Assembly (NCBI GenBank): GCA_963836235.1
Contig: CAWIIP010000002.1
Span: forward strand, 139,454 to 203,453
Source of the DNA: an uncultured Pseudomonadota bacterium
Lineage (GTDB): Bacteria > Oederibacteriota > Muellerivitia > Muellerivitales > Muellerivitaceae
Length of the DNA: 64,000 nucleotides
Reading direction: 5' to 3'
The translations under genes and the position numbers were made by a program. The notes beneath the pieces are model-generated. The model ran no database searches. It was not told the DNA's origin and saw only the letters and a program-made list of their open reading frames with translations. The stretch's first letter is position 1; the number at the start of each line of letters is the position of its first letter. Of this stretch, positions 42,878 to 52,235 are shown in pieces.

Positions 42878-43894
42878 TTAAGTACCGGATTTAAAAGCGC
42901 TTGGGTTTATGTTTACCAACGAAAGATGCCCACCGTCGGAACCTTCATTTTTAGAAAAACCGGTGGGTTGAGGGGAAAAAATACACTCAGCGGCCTTGGT
43001 GAGAACAACGTCTCTATTAGCCCCTTCTTTTCCGGCTTTTACTAAAGCTTCATAAGTTGCTAAAGCATTTTGCCTGTGACGGTCAATTACGGAATTGTGT
43101 CTATGTGCTGAAAAATTCTTTACCGAAAGAATTAAAAAATAAGAAATTGTAATAAAAATTAAAAATTTACTTACAGAAAGTTGAATGGAATCAAAAACCG
43201 TAACAGGGACAAAAAATGGAATTTTATGAATAAATAGTGTCGAAACGGCATAAACCAAAAGGCAAACAGTTAACCAAATAGTTGTTGTTAACCATTTAGA
43301 TGCTTCTTCCGCGTGTTTATCAGCTTCGTTTTTAAAATATATGGCTTGTTGAGAAACACCTTGTTCCGCTGCAACTTTTCTAACAGCTTCTAAAACTTTA
43401 TCTGCTTCCAATTTCCTTTTTTCAAGTTCTGTCTGAAGTTCTCCAGCCCTATCCGTAACATCCTGAATTAATGCACGCGCCTCACGTTCAAGACGACCAA
43501 AATCGGTTGATTTTCTAACAGAATACGAAATGAATGGATGTAATGTTTTGAATGAGTTCCCATAGCCAGCTTCTAAGGCCTGGACAGAACTATCTCTTGT
43601 TTGCGTGGTAAGTCCCGGGGCCGCCTTTAAAATAGTTTCAAGCAAACGAAAATCATTGTTTGAAACATTTTTAATATTTGTCAAGATTTCATCCGGGAAC
43701 GCGTCCAAAACCTCTAAAGGTATTTGTTTATATAAATCAATAATCCTCGTTGCTGGTTCAACCGCATTGGTAAAATTAATTGCTGTCCCGAACTCCTGAA
43801 CCCTAGGTAATGAATTTACATCGAAATTTTGGAGTCTTACCAAAGAACCTTTTACTTCCTCTATTAACTTATTAGTTGTTTCAGAAATCGGCAT
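42878..43894 (-). CDS. Membrane protein of unknown function (cytoplasmic N-domain + 2 TM hairpin + C-tail), immediately upstream of mod
   Basis: 338 aa; two hydrophobic helices (WLTTTIWLTVCLLVYAVSTLF; FLIFITISYFLILSVKNF). Confidence 0.5.
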   Translation of the reverse strand: MPISETTNKLIEEVKGSLVRLQNFDVNSLPRVQEFGTAINFTNAVEPATRIIDLYKQIPLEVLDAFPDEILTNIKNVSNNDFRLLETILKAAPGLTTQTRDSSVQALEAGYGNSFKTLHPFISYSVRKSTDFGRLEREARALIQDVTDRAGELQTELEKRKLEADKVLEAVRKVAAEQGVSQQAIYFKNEADKHAEEASKWLTTTIWLTVCLLVYAVSTLFIHKIPFFVPVTVFDSIQLSVSKFLIFITISYFLILSVKNFSAHRHNSVIDRHRQNALATYEALVKAGKEGANRDVVLTKAAECIFSPQPTGFSKNEGSDGGHLSLVNINPSAFKSGT

Positions 43895-43991
43895 TTTTAT
43901 CTCCCGTTTATATTTTTATCAGAAGGTTTTCCCTTCCCCTACCATCCTAAATTAGTGCGCTTGGTGTCCTTGTGGTTCAAAAGAGGTGGCT

Positions 43992-44876
43992 CTATTTAAA
44001 TATCTCATTCAGCACGTATGCCAACCTTATCCCAGCCTTCTCAAGCTGTTGGTCCACGATGGGGCGCATTTTATCAAAGTAATCACCCGGAAGGGGCTTA
44101 TCGCTGTAATCCTGGGTCCCTGGGTCCATTCCTTTGTAGACCTTAGTCTTGGCGATCATGTAACTCTCGAAAACCCAATTTTTCTCACTCCCCTTGGTCC
44201 AGGTGGCCGCCTGGTCCCCGGGGATCGCCTTTTCAAGGGTGGAGGCCAGCTCCCGGGGATCCTCCTCGGTCTTAGACTCAATTAGATGGTCCCAAAGAGC
44301 GTGTAATTTGATTTTAGCCCCGTGGCCACGGTGGCCAGGGGCTTTGAACCGGACCATCTTCTCGTTTCCCCCGCGGTCGCCGTCATCGGCACAATGAAGG
44401 GGTTGGTGTAAGTCGCCCATGAAGTGGACGACGAATTTTAGGGCCTCTAAGCGCTTGGATTTAGGTTGGGTTTCATCCCCCAAAACACCTTCAAATATCT
44501 GGAGCTGGTTGATGACGCAATCATTATTGGGGCAATAATCCTGCTCGTCTTTAAGGGTTAGGTCTTTCCGGATAGGGAGGTCGATGAAATGCCACGGGGC
44601 TGTCTCACGGCGCGATTCACGGATTTGGTCCGCCCAATTTGAAATACTGGCCAGATCGTCCGGCTGCAATGAAGTCACAAGCTGAATTGCGGGCTTTGCC
44701 TGTGCCGATTCCATAGAAGAATCGGCCCCCTGGTCCAGGATGGAGGCTAATTTTGCCTTGGCGGCCGTGGCGAGGTTGTCCTGGGCGATATAGGCAATGG
44801 TTTCGTGGCCGACCGGACCCCATGCGGCCGCCGGCAATGTCCCAAAAAGATTTAAACAAAGTACGGCAAAAAGCAT
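43992..44876 (-). CDS. Secreted S1/P1-family zinc nuclease
   Basis: Start at MLFAVLCLNLFGTLPAAA (signal peptide) then WGPVGHETIAYIAQ; WHFID, HFMGDLHQPLH, LHALWD and RLAYVLNEIF motifs of S1/P1 nucleases. Confidence 0.8.
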   Translation of the reverse strand: MLFAVLCLNLFGTLPAAAWGPVGHETIAYIAQDNLATAAKAKLASILDQGADSSMESAQAKPAIQLVTSLQPDDLASISNWADQIRESRRETAPWHFIDLPIRKDLTLKDEQDYCPNNDCVINQLQIFEGVLGDETQPKSKRLEALKFVVHFMGDLHQPLHCADDGDRGGNEKMVRFKAPGHRGHGAKIKLHALWDHLIESKTEEDPRELASTLEKAIPGDQAATWTKGSEKNWVFESYMIAKTKVYKGMDPGTQDYSDKPLPGDYFDKMRPIVDQQLEKAGIRLAYVLNEIFK

Positions 44877-45161
44877 CCCGAAAGCCCTCAAGCTTTCGAA
44901 GGATTGTGCGAAATTCCTAAAGGTCAAAGGGGGTTTGTTTGACCTGATAAATGGAATTTTGCAAAAAAGGAGGGGTATCAGGCCCAGCGAATTGATAATC
45001 TTCGCGGCCTTCGACGAGGCTTCAAGCCGAGGAGAAAGCTTTGGGGGTGCCAATACCGGGGGTATTGGTATACCGGAGAGGTGTGACTTCGTCGAAATTA
45101 GGGGCCATAGCGTGAAAAATATTTTCATTTTTTGTACTCAATTCCTACTTCTTTTTAAAAA

Positions 45162-45770
45162 TCAATTATTAGGCGTTTGATGAGGTTTAATTCTGGTCCT
45201 GGCCCGGTCCGCTCTCGGAGGCTGATTGTGTTTGCGGGAGTTCAGCGCCCACCCGATTCCTGTCTTATAATACCGCCACAGCCAGTGCTGGATGAGACCG
45301 CCTCTCCTCCCTAGCTTTTTTGCCACATCATTAGTTTTCATCCCTTCCGCCAGGCAGGCAAGCGCCTGCAACTTTTCCCTCACCCACGGTCGTTCCTCTT
45401 TTGCCAAAAAGGACTTAATCTCCTGCAAGTTCATATTCCGCACAAGGCGAGGATGGAAAAATCCCTTGTCTGTCCAATTCTTTGATAGCGCATTGAGAGG
45501 GACCTTTCGTTCAAGGATCCTCGTTATTGAAGAAAAGGAACCGGCAAGAAATACCGAGAGTTTCAATAGCACGTGAACAGATTGGACTCCTTCTTGCTCC
45601 CATCGTCCCCATTCCTCAAGCGTGCATCCACAATTGTCGGCAGCTTGTTCTTGGGTAAGGTTCTTTTCCAAGCGGAGTTCCCTGATTACTTCCCCGGTTT
45701 TTCGCTGAACATCTTTCCGTGTGAGCTTTACCCTCGCGGTGAGCGATTTTTGGGAGTCGAATCCTTTCAT
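45162..45770 (-). CDS. HTH(XRE)-HTH protein, diverged paralog of 29543..30118
   Basis: 202 aa; same architecture and ~60% aa identity (TGEVIRELRLEKNLTQEQAADNCGCTLEEWGRWEQEG ... KLQALACLAEGMKTNDVAKKLG). Confidence 0.5.
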   Translation of the reverse strand: MKGFDSQKSLTARVKLTRKDVQRKTGEVIRELRLEKNLTQEQAADNCGCTLEEWGRWEQEGVQSVHVLLKLSVFLAGSFSSITRILERKVPLNALSKNWTDKGFFHPRLVRNMNLQEIKSFLAKEERPWVREKLQALACLAEGMKTNDVAKKLGRRGGLIQHWLWRYYKTGIGWALNSRKHNQPPRADRARTRIKPHQTPNN

Positions 45771-46090
45771 TTTTCATACTCAATTCTCAACTCTTGAAAG
45801 TAATCTAAAATCCGCCGTTTGATGAGGTTGAGTTCAACGACCTTCAGTTCCCTGCCCAAAAGGCCGACGATTTCCAGCTTGGCGTCCCGGAAGACCATAT
45901 TGAAAGCTAGTTCAAACCATTCGGTTTGTTCTGCGGGGGCAAGGTCTTGGTATGGTTTGTGGAGACGTTTGGGCCAAGGATAATCCATGAGCAGTTCCGG
46001 GCCCAAAAAGCCATTCATGAAATTCGCCACACGGAGGGCGGCGGGATTTTTATTGCTGTGGGGGTTATAAGAACCAGGGGTTTCAGACAT
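45767..46090 (-). CDS. Hypothetical protein
   Basis: 107-aa ORF, 4-nt overlap with downstream gene. Confidence 0.4.
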   Translation of the reverse strand: MSETPGSYNPHSNKNPAALRVANFMNGFLGPELLMDYPWPKRLHKPYQDLAPAEQTEWFELAFNMVFRDAKLEIVGLLGRELKVVELNLIKRRILDYFQELRIEYEK

Positions 46091-46105
46091 GAATATCTCT
46101 CCTCA

Positions 46106-46441
46106 TTAAATCCGCCGTCCGAAAAAGGCCGTTAAGGATGCCCATGAAGCGACCAGGGCAAAGAGCCAAAACCAAAACGGATGAGGTAAGGTCGTAAAGA
46201 CCGATACGGTCCCTGACGAAATGAACCGGCCCAAGACCGAGAAGATGTGGTAGGTGATAATCAGCCTATAGGCCGAAAAGACCAAAAGCACGGCCAAGGC
46301 GATCCCGAATAGTATCCTGACGAAATTCATTCCCGCCAATTTTGAGAAATGGAAAAACCTTTCGAGGTGTTCGTTGTTCATAAGGGCCGACCTTTCAGTC
46401 GGTGGTTCCTCCGAAACGATCCTGCTGTCTGTGTTTTCCAT
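46106..46441 (-). CDS. Small membrane protein (2 TM)
   Basis: Start chosen at MENTDSR; two hydrophobic helices. Confidence 0.4.
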   Translation of the reverse strand: MENTDSRIVSEEPPTERSALMNNEHLERFFHFSKLAGMNFVRILFGIALAVLLVFSAYRLIITYHIFSVLGRFISSGTVSVFTTLPHPFWFWLFALVASWASLTAFFGRRI

Positions 46442-46455
46442 AATCCAATCCTTCC

Positions 46456-46734
46456 TCAATAGTCGATCACTTCTTCCCACCGGCTCACTTTAGACGCGGG
46501 TTCCGCCTCGTGAAAGCCGAGGCCGTTGCACCTGGGGCAATCGGCCCCGCCGGGCAAGACACCTCTGCCCCCGCACGGCTTACAGCTTTCCAACCATATC
46601 GGCTGTTTCCCGCTTCCGTTGCAATCCCCACAAGGGAATTTTCCGGAATAAAATATGCCTTCCAGCCAAAAACCCGGCTCCCCTGGCTCGTCGCCCGTCC
46701 CCCCGCATTTTTGGCAGTCGACTTCGCCTCTCAT
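46456..46734 (-). CDS. Small DnaJ-type zinc-finger protein (four CxxCxGxG repeats)
   Basis: CQKCGGTG, CGDCNGSG, CKPCGGRG, CPRCNGLG. Confidence 0.5.
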   Translation of the reverse strand: MRGEVDCQKCGGTGDEPGEPGFWLEGIFYSGKFPCGDCNGSGKQPIWLESCKPCGGRGVLPGGADCPRCNGLGFHEAEPASKVSRWEEVIDY

Positions 46735-46845
46735 GGTGCCGTCCTGGATTGCATTTTAGGGCCATCCAAAAAAATCCTGAACAGAAAGTCGAATAATTTT
46801 AGACCGGGATACCGCCCCGCCGGCCAGGCCGGCGGGGCGAAAATC

Positions 46846-47214
46846 CTAATACTCGTTGGGGACCATCAGGACAGGTTTACCCTCCTGCATAGCGACGTAA
46901 AACTTCCAGGTTCCCTCCGGGAAATCCGTGAATTCGATCTCCTGCCGCACAATTTCTGGCCGGTCGTCGTCCTCCTTCATCGTAAGGATCGCCTTGGAGG
47001 CTTTGACTTCAAGCGTCCAAAACTGGATTTCCTCCTTCCGGGCATAACTGAAAATGGCGTCGATCAGCCAATAGGCCCCGGCAATCTCCGCCACGGCCTG
47101 GACCCCTTCGGTGTAAATGCCTCCCGTAATGTGCTTGAAGTAGCTCACGCTACCCGTGCTCATGGCAAAAACCTCCTCTATCCTCAACTTCTTTACGGCT
47201 TCTTCCCTGTCCAT
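46846..47214 (-). CDS. Hypothetical protein
   Basis: 122-aa ORF; SD AAGGAG upstream; preceded by structured element A1. Confidence 0.4.
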   Translation of the reverse strand: MDREEAVKKLRIEEVFAMSTGSVSYFKHITGGIYTEGVQAVAEIAGAYWLIDAIFSYARKEEIQFWTLEVKASKAILTMKEDDDRPEIVRQEIEFTDFPEGTWKFYVAMQEGKPVLMVPNEY

Positions 47215-47707
47215 AGATGCTCCTTATCTTTATTTGGGAGGGGCCCCCTCCGGGGGGCGGCCCTCAAAGAATCTGGGCCGCAACACGGAGGCGAGAGAGG
47301 GTTGGTGGGTGGAGATTGAGCCGTGCGAAAGAAGCACCTAGCCAACCCCAGCAAACCGCTTCGGGCAAAGTGCCGAAGGGCGGACGCCGCGGCGGACGCA
47401 TCTAGGCATTTAGCGGCCCTTGCCCCTGGGCCAGACGGTATTTGGCGGCCCAGGGGTGCGATCTATCAGGCCAGCGGCACGATGAGGTTTGCGAACCTTG
47501 AAGCCGTTCGATCTTGGGGGTCCGGGGGGATCTTCCGCCCGGGCTAGGAGAGGGGCGCGGGGAGAGGGGTTTTTCTTTCCCCGAAAATTCCGAGGCCCGG
47601 CATAGGGAAGGTTACACGGCCGCTTTGCGGCCGGCGAACCTTCTTCAAACCCGCCAGGGTGCCGGGCCGAGCAAAACAAAAGGCCCCCCTAAGAGGGCCT
47701 CCGGTCT
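47215..47707. promoter_or_regulatory. GC-rich structured noncoding element A1 (member of repeated family with 48934..49620 and 52236..52760)
   Basis: Shares blocks with A2/A3: cccggagggggcccctccc next to the gene start, gggggtccggggg...ccgcccgggcta, and hairpin GAAGGTTACACGGCCGCTTTGCGGCCGGCGAACCTTC. All ORFs called inside are low-complexity P/G/R translations. Confidence 0.6.
47672..47702 (-). terminator. Rho-independent terminator (minus strand) after gene 47708..48100
   Basis: Hairpin AGGCCCCCCTAAGAGGGCCT followed on the minus strand by a U-run (plus-strand caaaacaaaa). Confidence 0.6.
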
Positions 47708-48100
47708 TCAAGCCGTAGGGTGTGAAGATTTTTCCAAGGGGTGTTTCTTGGAACACTTAGGGCAAAACTTCCCGTCTCTGCCCTCGACGGGCAAGGAATC
47801 CTTCAAGAGAATTTCCGTGTTGCAAACTTGGCACCAAGTGGCGTAGGTATCATCCGAAAGGATTTGAGGAACCAATTTTTTAATAAGGCCCTTCCCTACC
47901 GTGGCCCGGCCAAATTCATAAGCCCAACGGGTGGCGGTGTACTTATCCTTTCCCGGCCAAGTAAGGCGGCGGTATTCGTCTCCCTGGGCGGCGTCCCCTC
48001 CGTCGTCGTCCTCCACCTTGAAAACTTGTAAGCCGGGAATGTCTGACACCACATCGGACAAAACCCCACCTTCCATAAAAATGATAATTTTCGGCATAAC
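47708..48100 (-). CDS. Hypothetical protein with C-terminal zinc ribbon
   Basis: Start at MPKIIIFMEGG with SD AAGGAGG; C-terminal CQVCN...CPKC. Confidence 0.45.
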   Translation of the reverse strand, partial: VMPKIIIFMEGGVLSDVVSDIPGLQVFKVEDDDGGDAAQGDEYRRLTWPGKDKYTATRWAYEFGRATVGKGLIKKLVPQILSDDTYATWCQVCNTEILLKDSLPVEGRDGKFCPKCSKKHPLEKSSHPTA

Positions 48101-48107
48101 GTCCTCC

Positions 48108-48404
48108 TTAAAGTTCGTATTTTTCGGCAAAGTTTGAAAGTGATTCAGCGGAAGCGGCACAAACGTCCAGCGCGCGCGCGGCGGCCAAGCCGACAAGGGC
48201 GCTCCCGCCTTCCTCAAAATCCAGTTTTGAAAATATCGTTTCGGCCTGGTCGGTGAGGTAGTTGTTTAAAGCTCCCGCAACTTCCAAAAGGCCGTGATGG
48301 CTTACGAGAAACGCTAAAACGTCATAAGGCTCGTAAGTCTCAAGGCGGTATTTTTTAAACTCCTTTACGGTTTCTTTTTCCGGCCCTAACAATTTGATTT
48401 CCAT
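48108..48404 (-). CDS. Hypothetical protein
   Basis: 98 aa; SD TAGGAGG 6 nt upstream of ATG. Confidence 0.45.
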   Translation of the reverse strand: MEIKLLGPEKETVKEFKKYRLETYEPYDVLAFLVSHHGLLEVAGALNNYLTDQAETIFSKLDFEEGGSALVGLAAARALDVCAASAESLSNFAEKYEL

Positions 48405-48444
48405 AAATCCTCCTAAAATTTTTCATCCCCAAAGGGGCGATTTC

Positions 48445-48933
48445 TTAAACCAAAAGCCCTGCGGTGCGGAAGGAAAAGTGGCCTTCGTGGGTGACTATCA
48501 AGTGATCATGAACGGTTATCCCCAGGGCACGGGCGGCGGTGATAATTTGGCGGGTCAATTGCTTGTCCCCTTCCGATGGTTCAAGGCTTCCGGCTGGGTG
48601 ATTGTGGGAAAATATGATCCCCGTGGCGTTTAACTCCAAAGCTTTTTTTAGTACCTCTCTTGGATAAACGGCGGTATGGTCCACGGTTCCTTCGCTGTTC
48701 AAAACCGTTTCTAAAACGTGGTTGCGGTGGTCGAGGTACATGGTGACAAAAGCCTCTTTGTCCCTGCCTCCGATGTATTTGGCAAAATAGGCCACTACAT
48801 CATCTGGGCTTGTTACAACCGGGCCTCTCTCGTAATCGGTCCTTGCTTCGGACCATGAAACCGGGGGAACCGTGGGGGGAATTTTGAACATCACTTCCAA
48901 AGGCATTTCTAACTGCTTGATTCTCTTGCTCAT
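48445..48933 (-). CDS. radC: RadC-like JAB/MPN domain protein
   Basis: HNHPAGSLEPSEGD (HNHPSG JAMM motif) and surrounding RadC-family conservation. Confidence 0.8.
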   Translation of the reverse strand: MSKRIKQLEMPLEVMFKIPPTVPPVSWSEARTDYERGPVVTSPDDVVAYFAKYIGGRDKEAFVTMYLDHRNHVLETVLNSEGTVDHTAVYPREVLKKALELNATGIIFSHNHPAGSLEPSEGDKQLTRQIITAARALGITVHDHLIVTHEGHFSFRTAGLLV

Positions 48934-49620
48934 TTTGAACGCTCCGCTTTTTTATTAGAGGAGAGAGCACCCTCCGGGTGCGCCCCCTCAAAAATCCTTG
49001 GGGGCGCATACGGAGCGAGTAAGGTGTTTGTGTTGGGGCAAATCAATGTCGGCGGGTCCTGCGCCTTGGTGTTAGCAGACCGGGAAAATTCCCAAACAGG
49101 TTTTGGGCCGAAAGACGAGGAACGAGGCGTGGCCCGTTTGGGAATTTAGGCGCTGACCGATCCCGGCGGCGATAGCCGCCCGTCGATTTGGTTTGCGTCC
49201 TCTATGTCTTTCGTTTCTGGGGTTGCCAGGGGTCACTGTCCCTTGGCTAGGGTGGGGATATAGGGGAGGGTCTTTTCCCTCCCCCTGGGGGGTCCGGGGG
49301 ATGGCTCGAACGAGCCCGCCGCCCGGGCTAGGGTGGGCACCTGGCCCGTCGCTTTCAAAGCGAGGGCCTCGCAGTGGTGGTGCAAACAGCATTGAAGCTG
49401 TTTGCAAAAGGGTAGGGGTACTTCCCTTCCCTGCTTTAATGATTTTCGAGGCGCGGCAAAGGGAAGGTTACACGGCCAAAGGCCGGCGAACCTTCCTCAA
49501 TCCCGATAGGGGCCGCACCGAGACAAAGAACACCTTAATCGGCTTTTCCCCATACACCTTCCCGACCCTTCTCAAGATAGACGCGTTTCACGTAAAGTGT
49601 AATATGTAGGCCTGGCCCCT
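48934..49620. promoter_or_regulatory. GC-rich structured noncoding element A2 (closest relative of A3)
   Basis: First ~60 nt (ttattagaggagagagcaccctccgggtgcgccccctcaaaaatccttgggggcgcatacggagcga) nearly identical to the start of A3; shared ~100-nt block ggtcact...ctagggtgggg...ggggggtccggggga...cgccgcccgggcta; perfect hairpin GCAAACAGCATTGAAGCTGTTTGC; GAAGGTTACACGGCC...GGCGAACCTTC hairpin. Confidence 0.65.
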
Positions 49621-49812
49621 TTTTCTATGGGGAAACGCCGCCCGGTCTACCGTGTGGAAATTGGAGTCGCGGGGAAAAGTTAATCCATAAAAACCGACGA
49701 ACGAATTTGGATTTTAGTGAGGAGGTTTTTAACTTTGAGGGCCGGCGATTAAAAAATTACACAGGCAAAAGGAGGAAATCTGTCCAGAGGGTCCAAAGCC
49801 CCTTTAATGGAA

Positions 49813-50409
49813 TTACTGTGAGGGTGGGAGAGGGAGAGTTGTGATATTTAATTTTTTATTGACGTATTGAATCCATTTCTCAGCGGAATTTCTTTGGTCA
49901 TCTGTCTGGGCCGTTTGAACAGCCGCATTAAAATATTTTAACGAATCTTGCCACCTATCCTCTTTAGTTAATTTTACTCCATACGAGAAGTAAGAATTAA
50001 AGTTTTCACCACCTTCCAAATTTGAAGAATTGGAAGCTTGGAGGTCGGCATTCATATTTTTCTGGTTAAGTTTATTCCAATCAGAGGTAATGGCGTCTAC
50101 GATTAAAGGAATAAAACCTAATAGGAAACCTGGAACAACATCCAAAACTATCCATCCACCATCAACACCATTACTCAACGAGCTTGTTTGGGTGGTATAT
50201 CCAGGTTTCCTAAATTCAACATTATGAGTTTTGTTAGATTCTAGAGGAACAGAAACTGGGGTAGTTCCCCTTTGCAAACCATCAACATAAACTTCTGCAC
50301 CAGGGGGATTGGAGGAAAATTCAACAGGTTCTGCACCACCTTTAAAGACCGTTGCGCAACCGGTAGAAATAAGGCTGAACACTAACATTAAAGCCATTAA
50401 CTTTTTCAT
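49813..50409 (-). CDS. PEGA-domain lipoprotein
   Basis: Start MKKLMALMLVFSLISTGC (lipobox); PPGAEVYVDGLQRGTTP = PEGA motif. Confidence 0.6.
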   Translation of the reverse strand: MKKLMALMLVFSLISTGCATVFKGGAEPVEFSSNPPGAEVYVDGLQRGTTPVSVPLESNKTHNVEFRKPGYTTQTSSLSNGVDGGWIVLDVVPGFLLGFIPLIVDAITSDWNKLNQKNMNADLQASNSSNLEGGENFNSYFSYGVKLTKEDRWQDSLKYFNAAVQTAQTDDQRNSAEKWIQYVNKKLNITTLPLPPSQ

Positions 50410-50555
50410 AACACTCCGAATGATCAAGCGTCCACTTATTTCATCGAGATATAAGGTTAATTGTCGTGACTACCCTTGGTCAACACAAAAATAGGCTAGG
50501 AGGGGAGGCACTTCCGTTGCACACCATCCTTTTTGCGACAGCCATGTGCAGGTAT

Positions 50556-50873
50556 TTAGGCACTCTTTTTCCCGCGGGCGAGTTCCCTTTCAAATAGAAT
50601 CCGCACCCCGAAAGCGTGAAGAACCTTTTCTAAACTCGAAAGGGTTGGATTTCCCTTCTCGGAAAGCATCGTGTAAAGGGATTCCCTCGCAAGTTGTGTT
50701 TCCTTGGAAAGCTTTTTCATCCCGCCTAGGGCGTCGGCCACGTTCTTCAATGCCTTCAAAAAGTATTTAAAATCTCCGGTTTCCCAAGCGGCGTTTATGT
50801 ATCGGACCCGTGTTTTAAGGTCTTGAAGTTCTTCAAACAAATAACTTTTATGGTCAATCAATCCAAATTTCAT
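50556..50873 (-). CDS. Addiction-module antidote protein, HTH type (HI1420-like)
   Basis: LKALKNVADALGGMKKLSKETQLARESLYTMLSEKGNPTLSSLEKVLHAFGV matches the conserved HI1420-type antidote pattern; 4-nt overlap with upstream toxin gene. Confidence 0.7.
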   Translation of the reverse strand: MKFGLIDHKSYLFEELQDLKTRVRYINAAWETGDFKYFLKALKNVADALGGMKKLSKETQLARESLYTMLSEKGNPTLSSLEKVLHAFGVRILFERELARGKKSA

Positions 50874-51244
50874 TTCACGCTCCCTTTAAAAGCCGCCCAT
50901 AGCTTGGTGGCTTTCTTTGTGTCATTATCCTGATTGTCTTTTTCTCCCCCACAAACCACGACGATGATGGCTCCCTTATGATAGCCGTAATAAACCCGGA
51001 AACCTCTTCCGTAATGAATCCTTAATTCCCAAAGGCCCCCGGTCTTTGGCAGGTCGTGATGATCGCCAAAATTCCCGTCCTCCATCCGGTCAACCGCCAT
51101 CCGTATAAGGTCCTTGGCGGTTTCGTCCTTTAAGCGGCGGTGCCACTCCTTGTATAAAACCTTACCGTCTACCTCCAAATATTTAACTACAAAGGGGTGG
51201 TTTTCCATGCCTGAACCTAGTGTAATATTTATATTACTCATTGT
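50870..51244 (-). CDS. Addiction-module killer protein, RelE/ParE superfamily (HI1419-like)
   Basis: GDHHDLPKTGGLWELRIHYGRGFRVYYGYHKGAIIVVVCGGEKDNQDNDTKKATKLW matches the HI1419-type toxin pattern. Start chosen at MSNINITLG; upstream part of the 172-aa ORF looks non-coding. Confidence 0.65.
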   Translation of the reverse strand, partial: TMSNINITLGSGMENHPFVVKYLEVDGKVLYKEWHRRLKDETAKDLIRMAVDRMEDGNFGDHHDLPKTGGLWELRIHYGRGFRVYYGYHKGAIIVVVCGGEKDNQDNDTKKATKLWAAFKGSVK

Positions 51245-51301
51245 CAAATCTTCCTTTCGAAAACAATCCCGAAAGGGGCCGCACCGAGACAAAGAACACC
51301 C

Positions 51302-51343
51302 CAAAAAAAGCCCCCCGGTTTGAAACCGGGGGGCTTTTCTTCC
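51302..51343. terminator. Bidirectional rho-independent terminator downstream of ardC
   Basis: Hairpin GCCCCCCGGTTTGAAACCGGGGGGC flanked by caaaaaaa (5') and ttttcttcc (3'). Confidence 0.65.
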
Positions 51344-51362
51344 TGAAAGGATGGAGCTGTTA

Positions 51363-52235
51363 TTAAGCGGCTTCCTCCTTCTTTTCAAATTTCACGCCTA
51401 AGATAAAGTCGGCTGCGGATTGGGCGAGTGATGCCGCCCGGAAAATGGCGCGGGTGTCATCCTTTAAAACCTTGATCCAGTTTTGGACATAGGCGGCGTG
51501 TTGGGTGTCGTATTCGTAGCCGACATGCCCAGCCAAGAAAGCCCCGCCTATTTCGGCGACAAGTTCCTCGAAGGCATAATCAACTGAACCGAAAACCAGG
51601 GACTGCTTGCGGTTAAGCCGTTTCGGGTGGCCGCTCCAGTGGGTTAGCTCATGGTAACTCGTGGAAAAAAATTTCTCCTCCGTCTTGAAAGAACGGCGAG
51701 GGGGAAGGTTGATATAGTCCAAAGTCGGGGAGTAAAAAGCCTTGTCGGGGTTTTCTTCAACGATCTTCGCCCCGGATTGGGTGAGGATGCGCTCGGCTTC
51801 CTCGTTCTTGTTGAAAGGCTTTTCCTCGGCGCTCTTGGGCCGCAAGTGGTCGAGTCCCTCGGTTTGGTCCAGGTTGAAAACCGTAAAATATTTTAGGTAT
51901 TTGATAACCTTCTTTTCAAAATCCCCTTCCGCTTTTTCCTCCTTCACCGTCAAGGGCTTGAAGAAAATGACCTCAACCCCCTTGGCCCCGGCCTTGATGT
52001 TGCCTCCCGCTGTTTTGGCCTGTTGGTAGGTGAGCCAAGAGTTACAGGAAAAACCCTGGCGGCTCGCAACCGAGGTAAGCCAAATAACATTCACCCCCCG
52101 GTATGCCTTCCGGGTGGCGGCGTTCTTGGGGAAGTTTCCGGTTTTAATCCAGGGCGTTTCCCAAAAAAGATTTCCTTTCTCCATGTCCTCCAAAATTTGG
52201 TTGGTGATTTTCTCCATCAAATCGTTTGTTTTCAT
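51363..52235 (-). CDS. ardC: ArdC-like antirestriction protein (N-terminal ssDNA-binding domain + C-terminal HExxH zincin domain)
   Basis: N-terminus KAYRGVNVIWLTSVASRQGFSCNSWLTYQQAKTAGGNIKAGAKG matches ArdC-N; C-terminal YHELTHWSGH metalloprotease motif. Confidence 0.75.
   Translation of the reverse strand: MKTNDLMEKITNQILEDMEKGNLFWETPWIKTGNFPKNAATRKAYRGVNVIWLTSVASRQGFSCNSWLTYQQAKTAGGNIKAGAKGVEVIFFKPLTVKEEKAEGDFEKKVIKYLKYFTVFNLDQTEGLDHLRPKSAEEKPFNKNEEAERILTQSGAKIVEENPDKAFYSPTLDYINLPPRRSFKTEEKFFSTSYHELTHWSGHPKRLNRKQSLVFGSVDYAFEELVAEIGGAFLAGHVGYEYDTQHAAYVQNWIKVLKDDTRAIFRAASLAQSAADFILGVKFEKKEEAA

Noticed and set aside
47480-47530. tRNA-like GTTCGATC T-loop-like sequence
   Set aside because: No acceptor/D/anticodon arm arrangement around it; part of structured element A1.
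47217-49609. ORFs inside GC-rich elements (47217..47846, 49072..49407, 49193..49609) and similar ones at 52373..52888
   Set aside because: P/G/R-rich low-complexity translations of hairpin-dense noncoding DNA; their similarities between copies are explained by nucleotide conservation; no SD or start context.
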